DNA of 64,000 bases from Setoptus koraiensis (Eukaryota; Animalia; Arthropoda). The notes under the pieces were generated by a model, which saw only the letters and a list, made by a program, of their open reading frames with translations, did not search any database and had not been told where the DNA came from. Both the position numbers and the translations under genes were made by a program. The stretch is taken from NCBI GenBank assembly GCA_048013815.1, contig CM106586.1:8804001-8868000 (forward strand). The letters are read 5' to 3'. Below are positions 25,697 through 36,738 of this stretch, piece after piece. The number at the start of each line of letters is the position of its first letter. Positions within the stretch are counted from its first letter, which is position 1.

Positions 25697-26293
25697 ACTT
25701 CAATTTATTATTATATAATTATGCGCCAGTTACAGTTAAGAGTTGTATTTACAGTTGAAAAGTTTCACTTGTGCGCTGTGACTATACTAATTAAATCAAC
25801 ACATTACACATATTGGTGCATAGAGATTAGCTTGCTCGGGCACTAGCTTATTAGCCTGTGTGAGCAGGTGTGATTGGGTCATTGACTTGACACAAACAGC
25901 AACGATAACGGTAACGATGGCGAAAGTGGCCACTCTTGTTGTCCTCCTAACTGGCAAACATACTGGCAAACATTGTGAGCTACATGGGTCGCTTATGCAT
26001 ATGAATAGTAGCAGTCTCAGTATGAATATTCGGTCCGCTGTTGGTCCTATTAAGTTTTGATAAATGACCTACTATATTGGATCACGATTTATTATTATGT
26101 ACATCCGCTCTGTGGCAAACCATGACGCCACTCGCACAATACAATTTGTCCGTGAACATCGACAAGCACCTGTAAATCATCCGATGTCTACTACACTATC
26201 TCTTCCGGATGTGGATACGACCTGTTATGAAAATTTTCGATTTGTCTACGCAACGGTTTATCCGCTCGCAGTCACCGGGATGACTCACCCGAC

Positions 26294-26374
26294 GGATAAC
26301 GGTGTATAACGGTGAATAACGTTGTATGACGGCGTATAACGGTATATAACGGTGAATAATGTTGTATGACGGTG
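26294..26374. repeat. 10-bp minisatellite, consensus GGTGTATAAC, about 8 copies
   Basis: ggtgtataac ggtgaataac gttgtatgac ggcgtataac ggtatataac ggtgaataat gttgtatgac in exact 10-nt register. Confidence 0.9.
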
Positions 26375-26496
26375 TTTTGCCGTGTGTAAGGGTGTTAAAG
26401 CCCGCACAGTCACCGAGCGAATTGTAAATATCCGCGGATATGTCGTGATTCATGCCAGGCACCACAAGTGTCTCTGCGCGGTCATGTATGATTGGT

Positions 26497-26535
26497 TTCA
26501 TTATTATGTTGCCAGGGTGGCAACATAATAATGAA
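26497..26535. other. Perfect inverted repeat, 17-bp stem with 5-nt loop
   Basis: TTCATTATTATGTTGCC-AGGGT-GGCAACATAATAATGAA. Confidence 0.9.
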
Positions 26536-26930
26536 TATAATAATGGCAACATGGTGGCAACGTGATGGCGACGCGGTGGCAACTTGCAACTTGCAAGTTC
26601 CAAGACAGCAAACCAATTACGCATCATTGAACAATGCAACCGATCGTCGAGAATCGACGGTGCGGTCTGACTGGCAAGGATGCAAAGACATCTCAATGCG
26701 ACAGTCTTGACTTGGCGCTCGCTAATACGCACGCATTTCTCTCTCGAATTCCGACACATTTCCGCGAATTTTCAATGAGCACTCATGAGTCATGACTGAC
26801 ACTCAACGCATCCGTGTGCGTATTCAGGCCTACACAAGGCCCGAAGTTTCGATCCGAACTTCGGATTAGACTGCCGACGAGCGGATATCGTCAGCGCAAC
26901 GTCGAGCGGGGCGCCCATTTATGGCGCTGT

Positions 26931-26992
26931 TCGACGCAGCCAGAGCTTGACGCAGCCAGAGCTCGACGAGCCAGAGCTCGACGAGCCAGAGC
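26931..26992. repeat. 15/16-bp tandem repeat x4
   Basis: tcgacgcagccagagc ttgacgcagccagagc tcgacgagccagagc tcgacgagccagagc. Confidence 0.9.
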
Positions 26993-27768
26993 GAGTGCGG
27001 AGAACGCTCGTCAGGGCGACTTGTGTGACAATCGATCAGCATGACTCACGCCAGTGGCAGCATCAATAAAATCGTTACAGCGCCTCTGGCGAACTGCCCT
27101 GACACTGACAAGTGTGTGTGTGTGTGTGAGTGAAGGGTTGAGAGAATTCGCTGATGGACGCAATGAGTGAACTCGATTCGCAACTGCAATATCCGGCTCG
27201 ATCGTGAATACCGTGGGCATGAATAGTGAGCTTGTGGCCGTCAGCTACACTGTACACTGTATTCATGTAAGTGTTGTGCAGTAACTGTGGCCAGTGCGCA
27301 CTCACATTCACACATTCGCACAAACACAAATTACGTATTAATTTAATTGGAGTTTCTGGTTCGGCCAAACCGTTACGCAATCAAAACCATCTAGGTACAT
27401 GTGCGAGCCAAGTGGAGCAGCACAGCAAACTCACTAATGAGCTCGCTGTGGACTCTGGGATATCTTATCGTTGGTATCGTTGATATCATTGGTATCGTTG
27501 ATATCATATCAATGATATGGATCTCGGGCGGAGCAAGCGCGCCACTTGCACCTAACGAGCCTTACTGGGCTTTCCGGTGCGGCTCTGGGGCGGGGCTCAC
27601 CTGGGACTGTCGGGTCGAGACTGTCGGGCTGAGAGGATTTCGAGCGGAAAATGTGTCAGGCTGTCATTGTGAATATCAAGGCTCGGATTGGCAAGCGACG
27701 AGAGTCCAGTGTTGAGAGTGAGTCTGGGCCGCTGCCGTTTGGGTGCAACATGGACTTACTATCCAGTC

Positions 27769-27820
27769 GACGGGACTGCGACGGGACTGTGACGGGACTG
27801 CGACGAGACTGTGACGGGAG
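27769..27820. repeat. 11-bp tandem repeat GACGGGACTG(C/T), about 4.6 copies
   Basis: gacgggactgc gacgggactgt gacgggactgc gacgagactgt gacggga. Confidence 0.9.
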
Positions 27821-29198
27821 CGGCGCCGTCGGGCGGCCGCAACGGACACGGGACACCGCCGGTATCTGGCCGGGTGCCGGATAGCCATTGGCTTGTTGAC
27901 ATGAGGGCTCGTGTGGGGTTGAGTTTGGCGCCAAGCGGCGAGCGAACTGCAGTGTGGCTGGTTCATGGGCACATTCGCAAGATCGGTCATTCGATTTTTT
28001 GTGCGTGCGTGTGCGTTTCAAAGCCTGTTAGCACATGTAACAAGCCAGTGTGTCACACACACGGTGTGTGTGCGCGTTTGTGCGGGGGTAACAAGAGTCT
28101 TGTTGCCCCTCTTGTTACAGTAACAAGAGTGCGCGTGCGATGGCCACTTGCGAATCGCAAGTTGCGACACAGCGCAGTCAGTTCAACTGGTCGTCGTTGC
28201 GAGTTAGCTGACGATAGCGGCGCTACGCATAGGCACAGTGTACCGCGAGGGTATATAGTACCGCGAGTGGCATGCAATGCGTAATAGATGGCGCGCACAG
28301 TGGCCGCACACACAGTGTTGTGACACAGCGCCAACTGATCTAGTCAGCGGCATCAGTGATTGTAGTGTGACTCTATTCTAGTGACTAGATTCTGGTGACT
28401 AGAACGGTTCTGGCACAATCTAGTGCCACTTTGGATAGATAGAGCGCGCGCAGTTCGGCGTGCGCAATCTAGCCGACTGTTGTTGGGCGCAATTACAGTG
28501 CGCTGCCAGTAACAGCCAGCGCAATGCCAATCACACACTGCGCTACACGGCCAGCCGTATCTGGTGCACGCCGCTCGCAGCTTGTTAGCGTGCACACTGA
28601 TTACGGGCAAGTGTGGGCAAGTGTGTGGCACTGAATGTACGGCACTGAATGTATGGTAAACAGTGCGGCCGGCGGCGCGGCCGCGATTGCATAGCAATAG
28701 TGTGTGGTGTGTAAATAACGCAATGCAATAAAAGCGCTCAATTTAAGTGCATTAGAACTTGAATATTGGCGCTGTTGTTGTTGTTGTTGTTGTTGTTGTT
28801 CCATTATCCGTTGCTGTTATTAATAATAGCGCCTGCTGGTAGTAACAGGAGATATTAATTGCAACAACAACAACGGGGCAGCGCGACATTGACAACGCAG
28901 TAGCGACCATGTAGCGAGCCATACCGAACGAGACACATAACGTATATTTATCAAGCGTGATCATGCGTGTGTGAGAAGCGGCAGCGCCGAAGCACCAGCG
29001 CCACCATTGATCTAATTATATTCAGCAGCAACCATTTGCAGCTATCTATTTGCAGCTACACCGGCCAAGATTGAACACCCAAACCACCGAGCGACCTGTG
29101 TTATGAACCTATCGGCCCACTAGCCACGGACCCACGACGACAATATTTACTATTATTGTGTTACTATTTGCATTTAATCGGTCAATAGTTGCAGCAAG

Positions 29199-30386
29199 AT
29201 GGATACGGAGGCGCCCCCGGCCGCCAATGCCAGCGAGCTAGATCTCAAGTCGACCATCATTGAGTTTATGCGCCACAGGCCATTCTTGTGGAACATGAAA
29301 CATCCCATTTACAAGGACACCAAGAGACGAGAAACGGAATTTGAGCTGTTCTCGCAACAATTAAAATTGCCAGTCAAAGAGATAAAGCGTGTCTGGCATG
29401 TGCTCAGGACCAACTTTTTCAGGGCGCACAAAATATTGATTGAGAAGCCGCCAGATTATGAGGGACAGGACAAATTATGGAAATATTACACATCTATGAC
29501 ATACATACTGCCCGACGACTACCACATGCAACAGCAACAGCTACACTACACAAACAGTAACAGTAACATCCATGAAAGCACTATCTGTAATAACTACACC
29601 ATTCATGATTGCACCAGCAACAACAACAACAACAACAACAGCACCAGTAGGCAAGCGTCACCTGTGCTCGCCTCGGCTCTGGTCGTTTCGGCAACGCTGG
29701 ACAATGGCCAAGCGCGCAACCGTTCGCAACAGCAACAACAACAACACAACAACAACAATCATTCTTCTGACGCTATCCCTAATGCAACAACATTAGATAA
29801 CAGCAACAGCAACTACAATGCCAGTCCACACAAAGATAATCCCACTCAAATTAACTCTACTGCTGGATCTGCCACAAATCACTTTGTTACACACATTGTC
29901 AGTAGTGATAATAATTCATGGGCCTCTTCGACGGCCCAAACACAACAATCGTCGCAAGCACTCAGAGGAGCTGCCGAATCATTGAAAATTGAGTGCAACG
30001 CCATTGCTTCGTCACAAACGCCAAAAGCAAAAAGAATCAGGAAAATTAACAGTGATAGTAATAACAACAATATGGACAACAATAGTGCCGGAAACAATAG
30101 CTCCCTGAACAGCAAATACTCCATTCCTCTAACAGCCACTAGTAAGCAACAACAGCCAGCCAACACGGAGCATCCACAAACATCCGTCGATTCGTTATTA
30201 GGTGATCTCAAAGATGACGATGAGCTTTACGCTAGAGCTCTAGCTTGTAGTCTCAGGAAATTCGATCCTACTACCAAAGAAATTGTTAAATTAAAATTTC
30301 AAGAGATTATCGTCAAATATATGCAACAACGAAGGCAACGCCTTTATATTGTGCCAAGAACTGTAGATAGTAAGTCAACTGATTAG
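29199..30386 (+). CDS. MADF-BESS (Adf-1-like) transcription factor, intronless
   Basis: N-terminal MADF domain IIEFMRHRPFLWNMKHPIYKD..WHVLRTNFFR..WKYYTSMTYI, N/Q-rich linker, C-terminal BESS-like DDDELYARALACSLRKFDPTTKEIVKLKFQEII. Confidence 0.88.
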   Translation: MDTEAPPAANASELDLKSTIIEFMRHRPFLWNMKHPIYKDTKRRETEFELFSQQLKLPVKEIKRVWHVLRTNFFRAHKILIEKPPDYEGQDKLWKYYTSMTYILPDDYHMQQQQLHYTNSNSNIHESTICNNYTIHDCTSNNNNNNNSTSRQASPVLASALVVSATLDNGQARNRSQQQQQQHNNNNHSSDAIPNATTLDNSNSNYNASPHKDNPTQINSTAGSATNHFVTHIVSSDNNSWASSTAQTQQSSQALRGAAESLKIECNAIASSQTPKAKRIRKINSDSNNNNMDNNSAGNNSSLNSKYSIPLTATSKQQQPANTEHPQTSVDSLLGDLKDDDELYARALACSLRKFDPTTKEIVKLKFQEIIVKYMQQRRQRLYIVPRTVDSKSTD

Positions 30387-31258
30387 CTAACAACTAACAG
30401 CTAACAGTTTCTTGTTTCTTCTTCAGATTATTATTATATAGTCGCTCAATGTTACATTGAAATATATGGTATAACTACAAAGTATTGAAAAGTCACACAT
30501 ATCCAAAATGTTTCCTCAGGCTAGCCATCAACAAAGAAATGACAATCGTTACTAATTCTCACAGACAAAAACAATTGTTAAGAAAAGAAGTGTAATAAAT
30601 ACAAATATCTACCAATAATAAATATGTACTATCTTCTAGCTGTATATCGAGAATACATTACTGTAATAGCGTGTACTTTTGGGCTATGTATGTTGATAGT
30701 TTCAGCTTCACCACAAAACCGCTGAAACCTTTACTAATTTATCAACAAGAATGCTATGAGTCCAGTCTAGGCGTGCCTAGCTATTTTTTTCACCTGTTCT
30801 TGTGTGCGAAATTGTTGTTTATTGAAATATCTGTGACTGTGCATGCAACAGTATCGGAAATGTCAGGTATCAATGCTAAAAAAGTTTTATGTTCAGGTTC
30901 TGACTGTGAAAGAACCAACAAAACAAACTAGCCATATAGATACCTGTATATGTATATTATTTTATTTGAATTGGAAGCATACCTGAAAACCGATTGAACA
31001 ACTTAGCACTAATGAAGGTTTTCCATGGGTTGATCGCTGACCAAGGCGTATAATTGTATATAATTTTATTAGCTTTGTACATGTCTCAGTCGAAGGCCGG
31101 ATGTGGTTCATTCATGCTGTTAGTATAATTAGGATAACTATGTATCACTTACTTACTAGAAAATATTTCAAGTTTTGCGTAAAAACAACCATTATTATAC
31201 ACAGCAGTATGAGTTTAGGTGACACTGTCAGTTACTTAGCGCTTGTTTGTGAAGGGGG

Positions 31259-31302
31259 AGAGAGAGAGAGAAAGAGAGGGAGAGAGAGAGAGAGAGAGAA
31301 AG
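31259..31302. repeat. Imperfect (GA)n microsatellite
   Basis: Purine-only AG run. Confidence 0.85.
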
Positions 31303-31879
31303 ACTTGTTAAACTGTCAACCTTTGCTGATACGTAGAGGCTTATAATCTAGATATCGCTTAGGAAAGCAATTCTTCGAGATTGTCTTCATTGGCACAATC
31401 AATTACAGTGACCGTGCTATATGTCTATGTTTCTAATTGAGATTTTATTTCAAGCTTTTTCTTGCATTATCAAGATTGAATAGGGATTAATGTCACTTTA
31501 AATCACACGGAGTTCATTAGAGCCTTTTTTCCTGTTAGTCATAATGGCGCGTCGGTAGATATAAACAAGTTTAAAGGGTAAATATCCGATTAGTGGCAAT
31601 ATCCTCGTCTAACTTCATCACTTAGCAACGCTGATAAAGTTAATTTCGGATTCATTGAGCAAAAGTCACAATCAACAAATAGTGTTGCAACTCGTCTCAA
31701 AAATAGAAAGTCCGACAAAAGATAATCGGATTTACATGTAGTTGGAGGATAGGCATAAATTGACAGCCACAAGGTGTTTATCTTATATTTTGTATCATTA
31801 CACTTCACCGCTCTCTACAAGGGTGAGACAGTTTAGTCGTAAAATTTTGTTAGATTTATAACAGCACCTAACGATCGCC

Positions 31880-32839
31880 ATGGACGCCAGCTTTTTAGAG
31901 GACTGCAAGAAGCTCTTTCACACATTGGATAATAATTTGGAGGAGGTAAACAAAGCACCTGAATGTTACAAGCTCAGTCAAGAGTTCTTTGCTAAATATA
32001 AAGATTATTTGAATAGATTCGAGGCCACATATGGACACATTCACGATGACGAGAGATTACTTAGCATAAAACCAGACGATAGCAATGATTCTGCGAAAGA
32101 AAATCAAGAGTCTGAACTGATTTGCGAGATCTATTATAGATTAGGTTTTGCTAGTTACACTATGGTACATTACAATAATCTTACTGAATCATCTAATGAA
32201 CCTAAGAGTCATGAACTGGGACTTAATCTGTCAAGAAAATCAATGCAATATTCTCCGAACAACAAAATGGCATTGTACTACTATGCTATAAGTAAGTCTA
32301 TCACTAACAATAAGCTCTATTTGATCTTTTTGATCTAACGAATACAATGTTAATCAATGGCCAACTCATTTACATCAACTTATTTGCATAATGCACTCCA
32401 TGTAGTTGTCGGTATTTGTGCTGAGGAATCAACTTATGCTAAACAAAGGCTGCAATTGGGAAAATACACTTACTTAGCCATCTTGAAAATGCTAGAATGT
32501 GATCCTGAAAACAATTTGGCCTATCACCTCTTAGCTAGATTCCAGCTTAATATGCTCAAGTTGAATTGGATCGAAAGAAAGGTGGCCAGCGCCGTATTCG
32601 GAAATATATTCTCGGATATGAGCTTGGCAGCAGTAGAGGCTAATTTACTCAAGGCAGAGGAGCTCCGACCGAACTGGCCTAGCAATCACCTGTATTTAGC
32701 CAAATGCTTTATCAACCAGAAACGAATTGACGAGGCGTCGAAGTGGGTGAATTTGGGACTCGAATATAAACCAGATCACCCAACCACGCAAATGGATCTA
32801 AATGAATTGAAGGAGATGAAAAGAAAATACAAGTTTTGA
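31880..32839 (+). CDS. RMDN1: Regulator of microtubule dynamics protein (RMDN/FAM82 family), 2 exons
   Basis: Exons 31880-32291 and 32406-32839. TPR-like helices; DPENNLAYHLLARF..LNWIERKVASAVFG..EANLLKAEELRP matches the RMDN pattern; divergent. Confidence 0.8.
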
Positions 32840-32949
32840 GCATTCAAAAGACTGACCGGAGGCAAGTTCTGTCATTACCGACAGCAACAATTACGGGATG
32901 CCTGTCGAATGCTCAGAACAAAGTTTGACTTTTTCATACTGGAATTTTA

Positions 32950-33650
32950 TATAATTATCCAGTCGGGCAGTTTGCGGTCGAATTTATTGTCCGATTGATA
33001 AAAGTTGCAATGAAGAGACTGGAGCGAGGCACAAATAAAGAATTTTAGCTAGATGAATCCGGTCAAACCATTTCGATAATGTAGCCCATCATGATTTCCT
33101 GATGGTTTCTTCGTTGAGCATTAGTCAAATCGTCCGGATATAATTCCATATTGTGTATCCCACAGATAGAACAGAAGCAGGTGAGAGAGGCTGTAACTGA
33201 TAGTGTATGGGTTGTTTTGTCGAGGTGTGCTGAGTGCAAATAACACATATCAGTTACGGACCTTTCGCATTTGAACCAATTTCGTTGTCTGAAGTTGTTT
33301 TTTCAATACACAAATGCCTAACGAAATTATCGTAGAGACATACAGTTTGCGTAAATAACCAAATGTTTTTGGGTGATATAAATTTACGTTGAATATTCTT
33401 ATCGATCTTGCCGGCAATTTTTTCAGTGCTTTCCCCTCTTTATCAGTCGTCGAGTGCCAGCCAAAACATCGGCGCCAGCCGACTGCTTGTTTTTTTCCCC
33501 CGGCAAACAGTGTTGTGTCTGGTGTTATGCGTCCAATGAAGCTCTCACAAAGGGTTGGGCAACACGCACACTGGCTTCTGCAGTTTATATCATCGACGTA
33601 ACACACATGTATAACGCAGGATAGTATAGTAACGCCCGGCTGACCATTTC
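32950..33650 (-). pseudogene. Degenerate SMYD-like paralogue, inverted relative to the intact SMYD gene
   Basis: QPGVTILSC..VCYV..CRSQCACC (SET-N/MYND entry), KEGKALKKLP, YLRKLYVSTIIS, then after a stop and frameshift at 33250 CYLHSAHLD (cf. IYIQGAVIDHSC) and YPDDLTNAQRRN (cf. YCDLKENAAYRN). Confidence 0.5.
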
Positions 33651-34111
33651 GGCAGAGCCATCATCGGAATTAATTAATACATGTAAATGTGTCGTAGTTT
33701 GTACTAGTATATTTATGAATAAATTATTCCTTTGTCCATCCATATATTACGTATTGAAAGGCCCATGTCCAATAGCTAATGTCAAGCGAGCTACCGATTA
33801 TTGTCAGCAAGCGTCATGTATCGGTAGTCACCAACTGAAGAGAAACAAAGCAACCTCTCTCTTTCTCATCAAATAGCGCCCAAAATGGAAACAAGCTCAT
33901 ACCAGTCGTCAATCGTTTCAGTGCCATTCTTTTCACATATACACTATTCACAATAATCAGGCTATTATTATTTGCATCTATTATTCAATTATCTGTGTAT
34001 TAAATAATGTGACATTGCATTATCAAATTGATACGTTTCTATCGATTCAGTCCACTTAGTAAATCGTCAGTCTAAACATTTGCATCACACACATAAGCAC
34101 AATAGCAAATT

Positions 34112-35565
34112 ATGATGGATGACACATCATCACTTGTAGATTTTGGCCCACTACAACAGTTGATTGCCGTAGAGAAAAACAGGGAGAGTGTATCCCTAGT
34201 TAGCGACAGATATTATTTGGCAGGCGAGACAATTGCACACGTTCTACCATTCGCTCAAGTCATTTTGGGTATACATAAGGCCAAACGTTGCGACTTTTGT
34301 CTCAAGTTGTAAGTATTTCACACACACCTATGACAGGCGACCGAATTATTACCATTATTGTCTGTCAAATATACACCCATTCTCAATTATCATGTGCTCA
34401 AACAAACGACAGGCCCACTGTTGGCCAGATTAGGCTCCAGAGATGCTCAAAATGCAAAGAGTTCTATTATTGTGATTCCAAATGCCAGAATCTCGACTGG
34501 GAGGCGGGCCATCGCTACAAAGAATGTCTCTTGTATCAATTAGATGAACAGCATGTGCTGGAGGACAATGAATGCTCACGAATGATGGCCCGCATTTACC
34601 TCCGATTATTGGCGCAACCAAAGTTGAAATATAAGAAATACGCTATCGTTAATGGCATGGAGGAAAGTTTCTCAAATCTTAAAGCTCACTACAAGGATAT
34701 TCTAGCCAGTCCAGATCGTATTAGAGATTTTTCTAAATTTTATCTAATATTGCACGATTTGATTGATCAGTCTCAAACGAAGCCCGCTTTAGAGTTGAAG
34801 TTTTATTTGAAACAGAAAGCGTCTAGTTTACAATCATTACTACACTCGTTACAAGCTCAAGATGATGTTAAATCAACAAAAAACCATTGTCATTGGAACC
34901 AGAAACTTATGTTTGAGTATTTTTGCAAGATTTGTATCAATGCTTACAGTATATCAAGTCAAGAATTGAGAAATCTTGCGACAGCCATATATATACAAGG
35001 CGCAGTTATTGATCATTCATGTTATCCCACTGCAACTATAACATTCATTGACAATCGTTTACTATTGAAAACAGCTTGTGATATTCCGCTTGGCGAAAAA
35101 ATATCAGTACCCTATTGTGATCTCAAAGAAAATGCTGCATATAGAAATATTCTATTACAAGAAAGATATTACTTTAAGTGTTGTTGTCCGAGATGTACAA
35201 ACTATAAAAAACTTGAAGAAAAGATAGATTATTCTAGACTGAAATATTTAGATTCGCAATTAGATAAAAACATCAGACTCAAGAAATACAAAAAAGCTTT
35301 AATCTATGGAATGGAATCATTAGATATTTATTGCAAGATTTATCGTCAATCATATCATCCCGATTTAACCTTACAACTATTAAAAGTGGGAAAAATCAGA
35401 CTAAACCTGGGCACCACAATCAAAGATTCCGACTACGACGGAAATTGTACGTTGGGTTTTCTTAGAGAAAAAATTTTAACCCATATGAGAGTGACCCATG
35501 GACTCAATTCACCATTACACAAGCAATATATTTCCGACTTTGAAACTATCCAAAAAGATCCTTGA
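34112..35565 (+). CDS. SET and MYND domain protein (SMYD3-like), 2 exons
   Basis: Exons 34112-34308 and 34413-35565. MYND CDFC..RCSKCKEFYYCDSKCQNLDWEAGHRYKEC, KICINAYSI, IDHSCYP, post-SET YYFKCCCPRC. Confidence 0.9.
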
Positions 35566-36738
35566 ATCTTTTTATTTACAAACTATTATTTTTTACTGAT
35601 TAAAATCAAGAATCATGTTCCATACTCGCTCATCTTGCGTCTTTGTACAATTCACTGAGGAGATACAAACTCTCCACGCTTGTCTGTTTTCTTTACGAGT
35701 CAATTCCAGTATGCAAATTCAATGAGAAAGCTGGTCTATGATTTCTCGTAGATGAGTAAATGTTATACTCAGTTTTTTGCTTAGAATATGATTACCTGGC
35801 TGTCTGAGGTTTCTTTTTTCATTGTTATATGGCGTGGCAAAGCTCACGAATTGGTCTCAACAATAAATCACATGCAACCATGTTCTCAAATGATATCATA
35901 GATTTAAACACAAAGTTGATGCACAAGTTTTGATTGAATCATCTTTATGATATACTATCCATACTTCCTAATGATTATAATTAACTCGTAATCACTTTGG
36001 CATTCGTAGTAGTTTAGTTAGTTCCTGGGACATGTGGAACTCCTAAGTTGTTTGATTTTCGAGATTGGCTCGGAACGTTTGCATTACACTTTGGCACCCT
36101 ATACCATACACAAAATGATTTATGACTGTCTGATTCGCCAAAGCACTCAAGAAGCCTATCTTCTCAAAAACTACTGTTTACTTTCTCAAAAGATTTTACT
36201 TTCAAACGAAAACTTTCATTCTCATAGTTTTAATTAGAAATATCGTGATATTTGTCGAGGGAGTGGAGAAACTGTTTAGACCTGCCAGCTCTGACGATGC
36301 CATCTATTTTCTTGTGTAAACTATTTGAGTCGCATGGTGCAGGGCGTATCATTGTGTCTACTTGACATCAATTTGTTGAATAATTGTGTATATTCGTTGT
36401 TGTAATAGTTGTTTGTTTGCACAAACTTTTCTCTATGAGGAGCACATGACGCATTTTTTAAGATTTATACCTTGACTAGCTACTTTTCTTGCGAATAAGT
36501 TTGTGGCAATCACTCACTCAACTGGGAACTGTTTTTGGTATCCTTCCAAAATGTGTCGATATGGTGCCAATGTTTTCTTTTAATCTCACTTGAACTGACT
36601 GTTCAGTTATTTGAATAATTCTACCATCCTAGTCCAAGATTCTAACTTCAAAAACATTGTCAGTAAACATTTTGTGCTTGACTTGTCCGGTCCATCTTCA
36701 ATTTACTATGCGTTAATAGAATTACTATAATTAGCACA

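Noticed and set aside
26294-26374. Periodic repeats as a CRISPR array
   Set aside because: Units are 10 bp and directly adjacent, with no unique spacers and no cas genes.
26196-28804. Numerous 65-190 aa ORFs in the GC-rich island
   Set aside because: They overlap on both strands, are driven by repeats and GC content, and show no domain or splice support.
35570-36700. Possible decayed gene between SMYD and the I29 protein (TPR-like VESLYLLSELYKDA on the minus strand)
   Set aside because: Only short interrupted frames; no parent gene could be assigned by eye.
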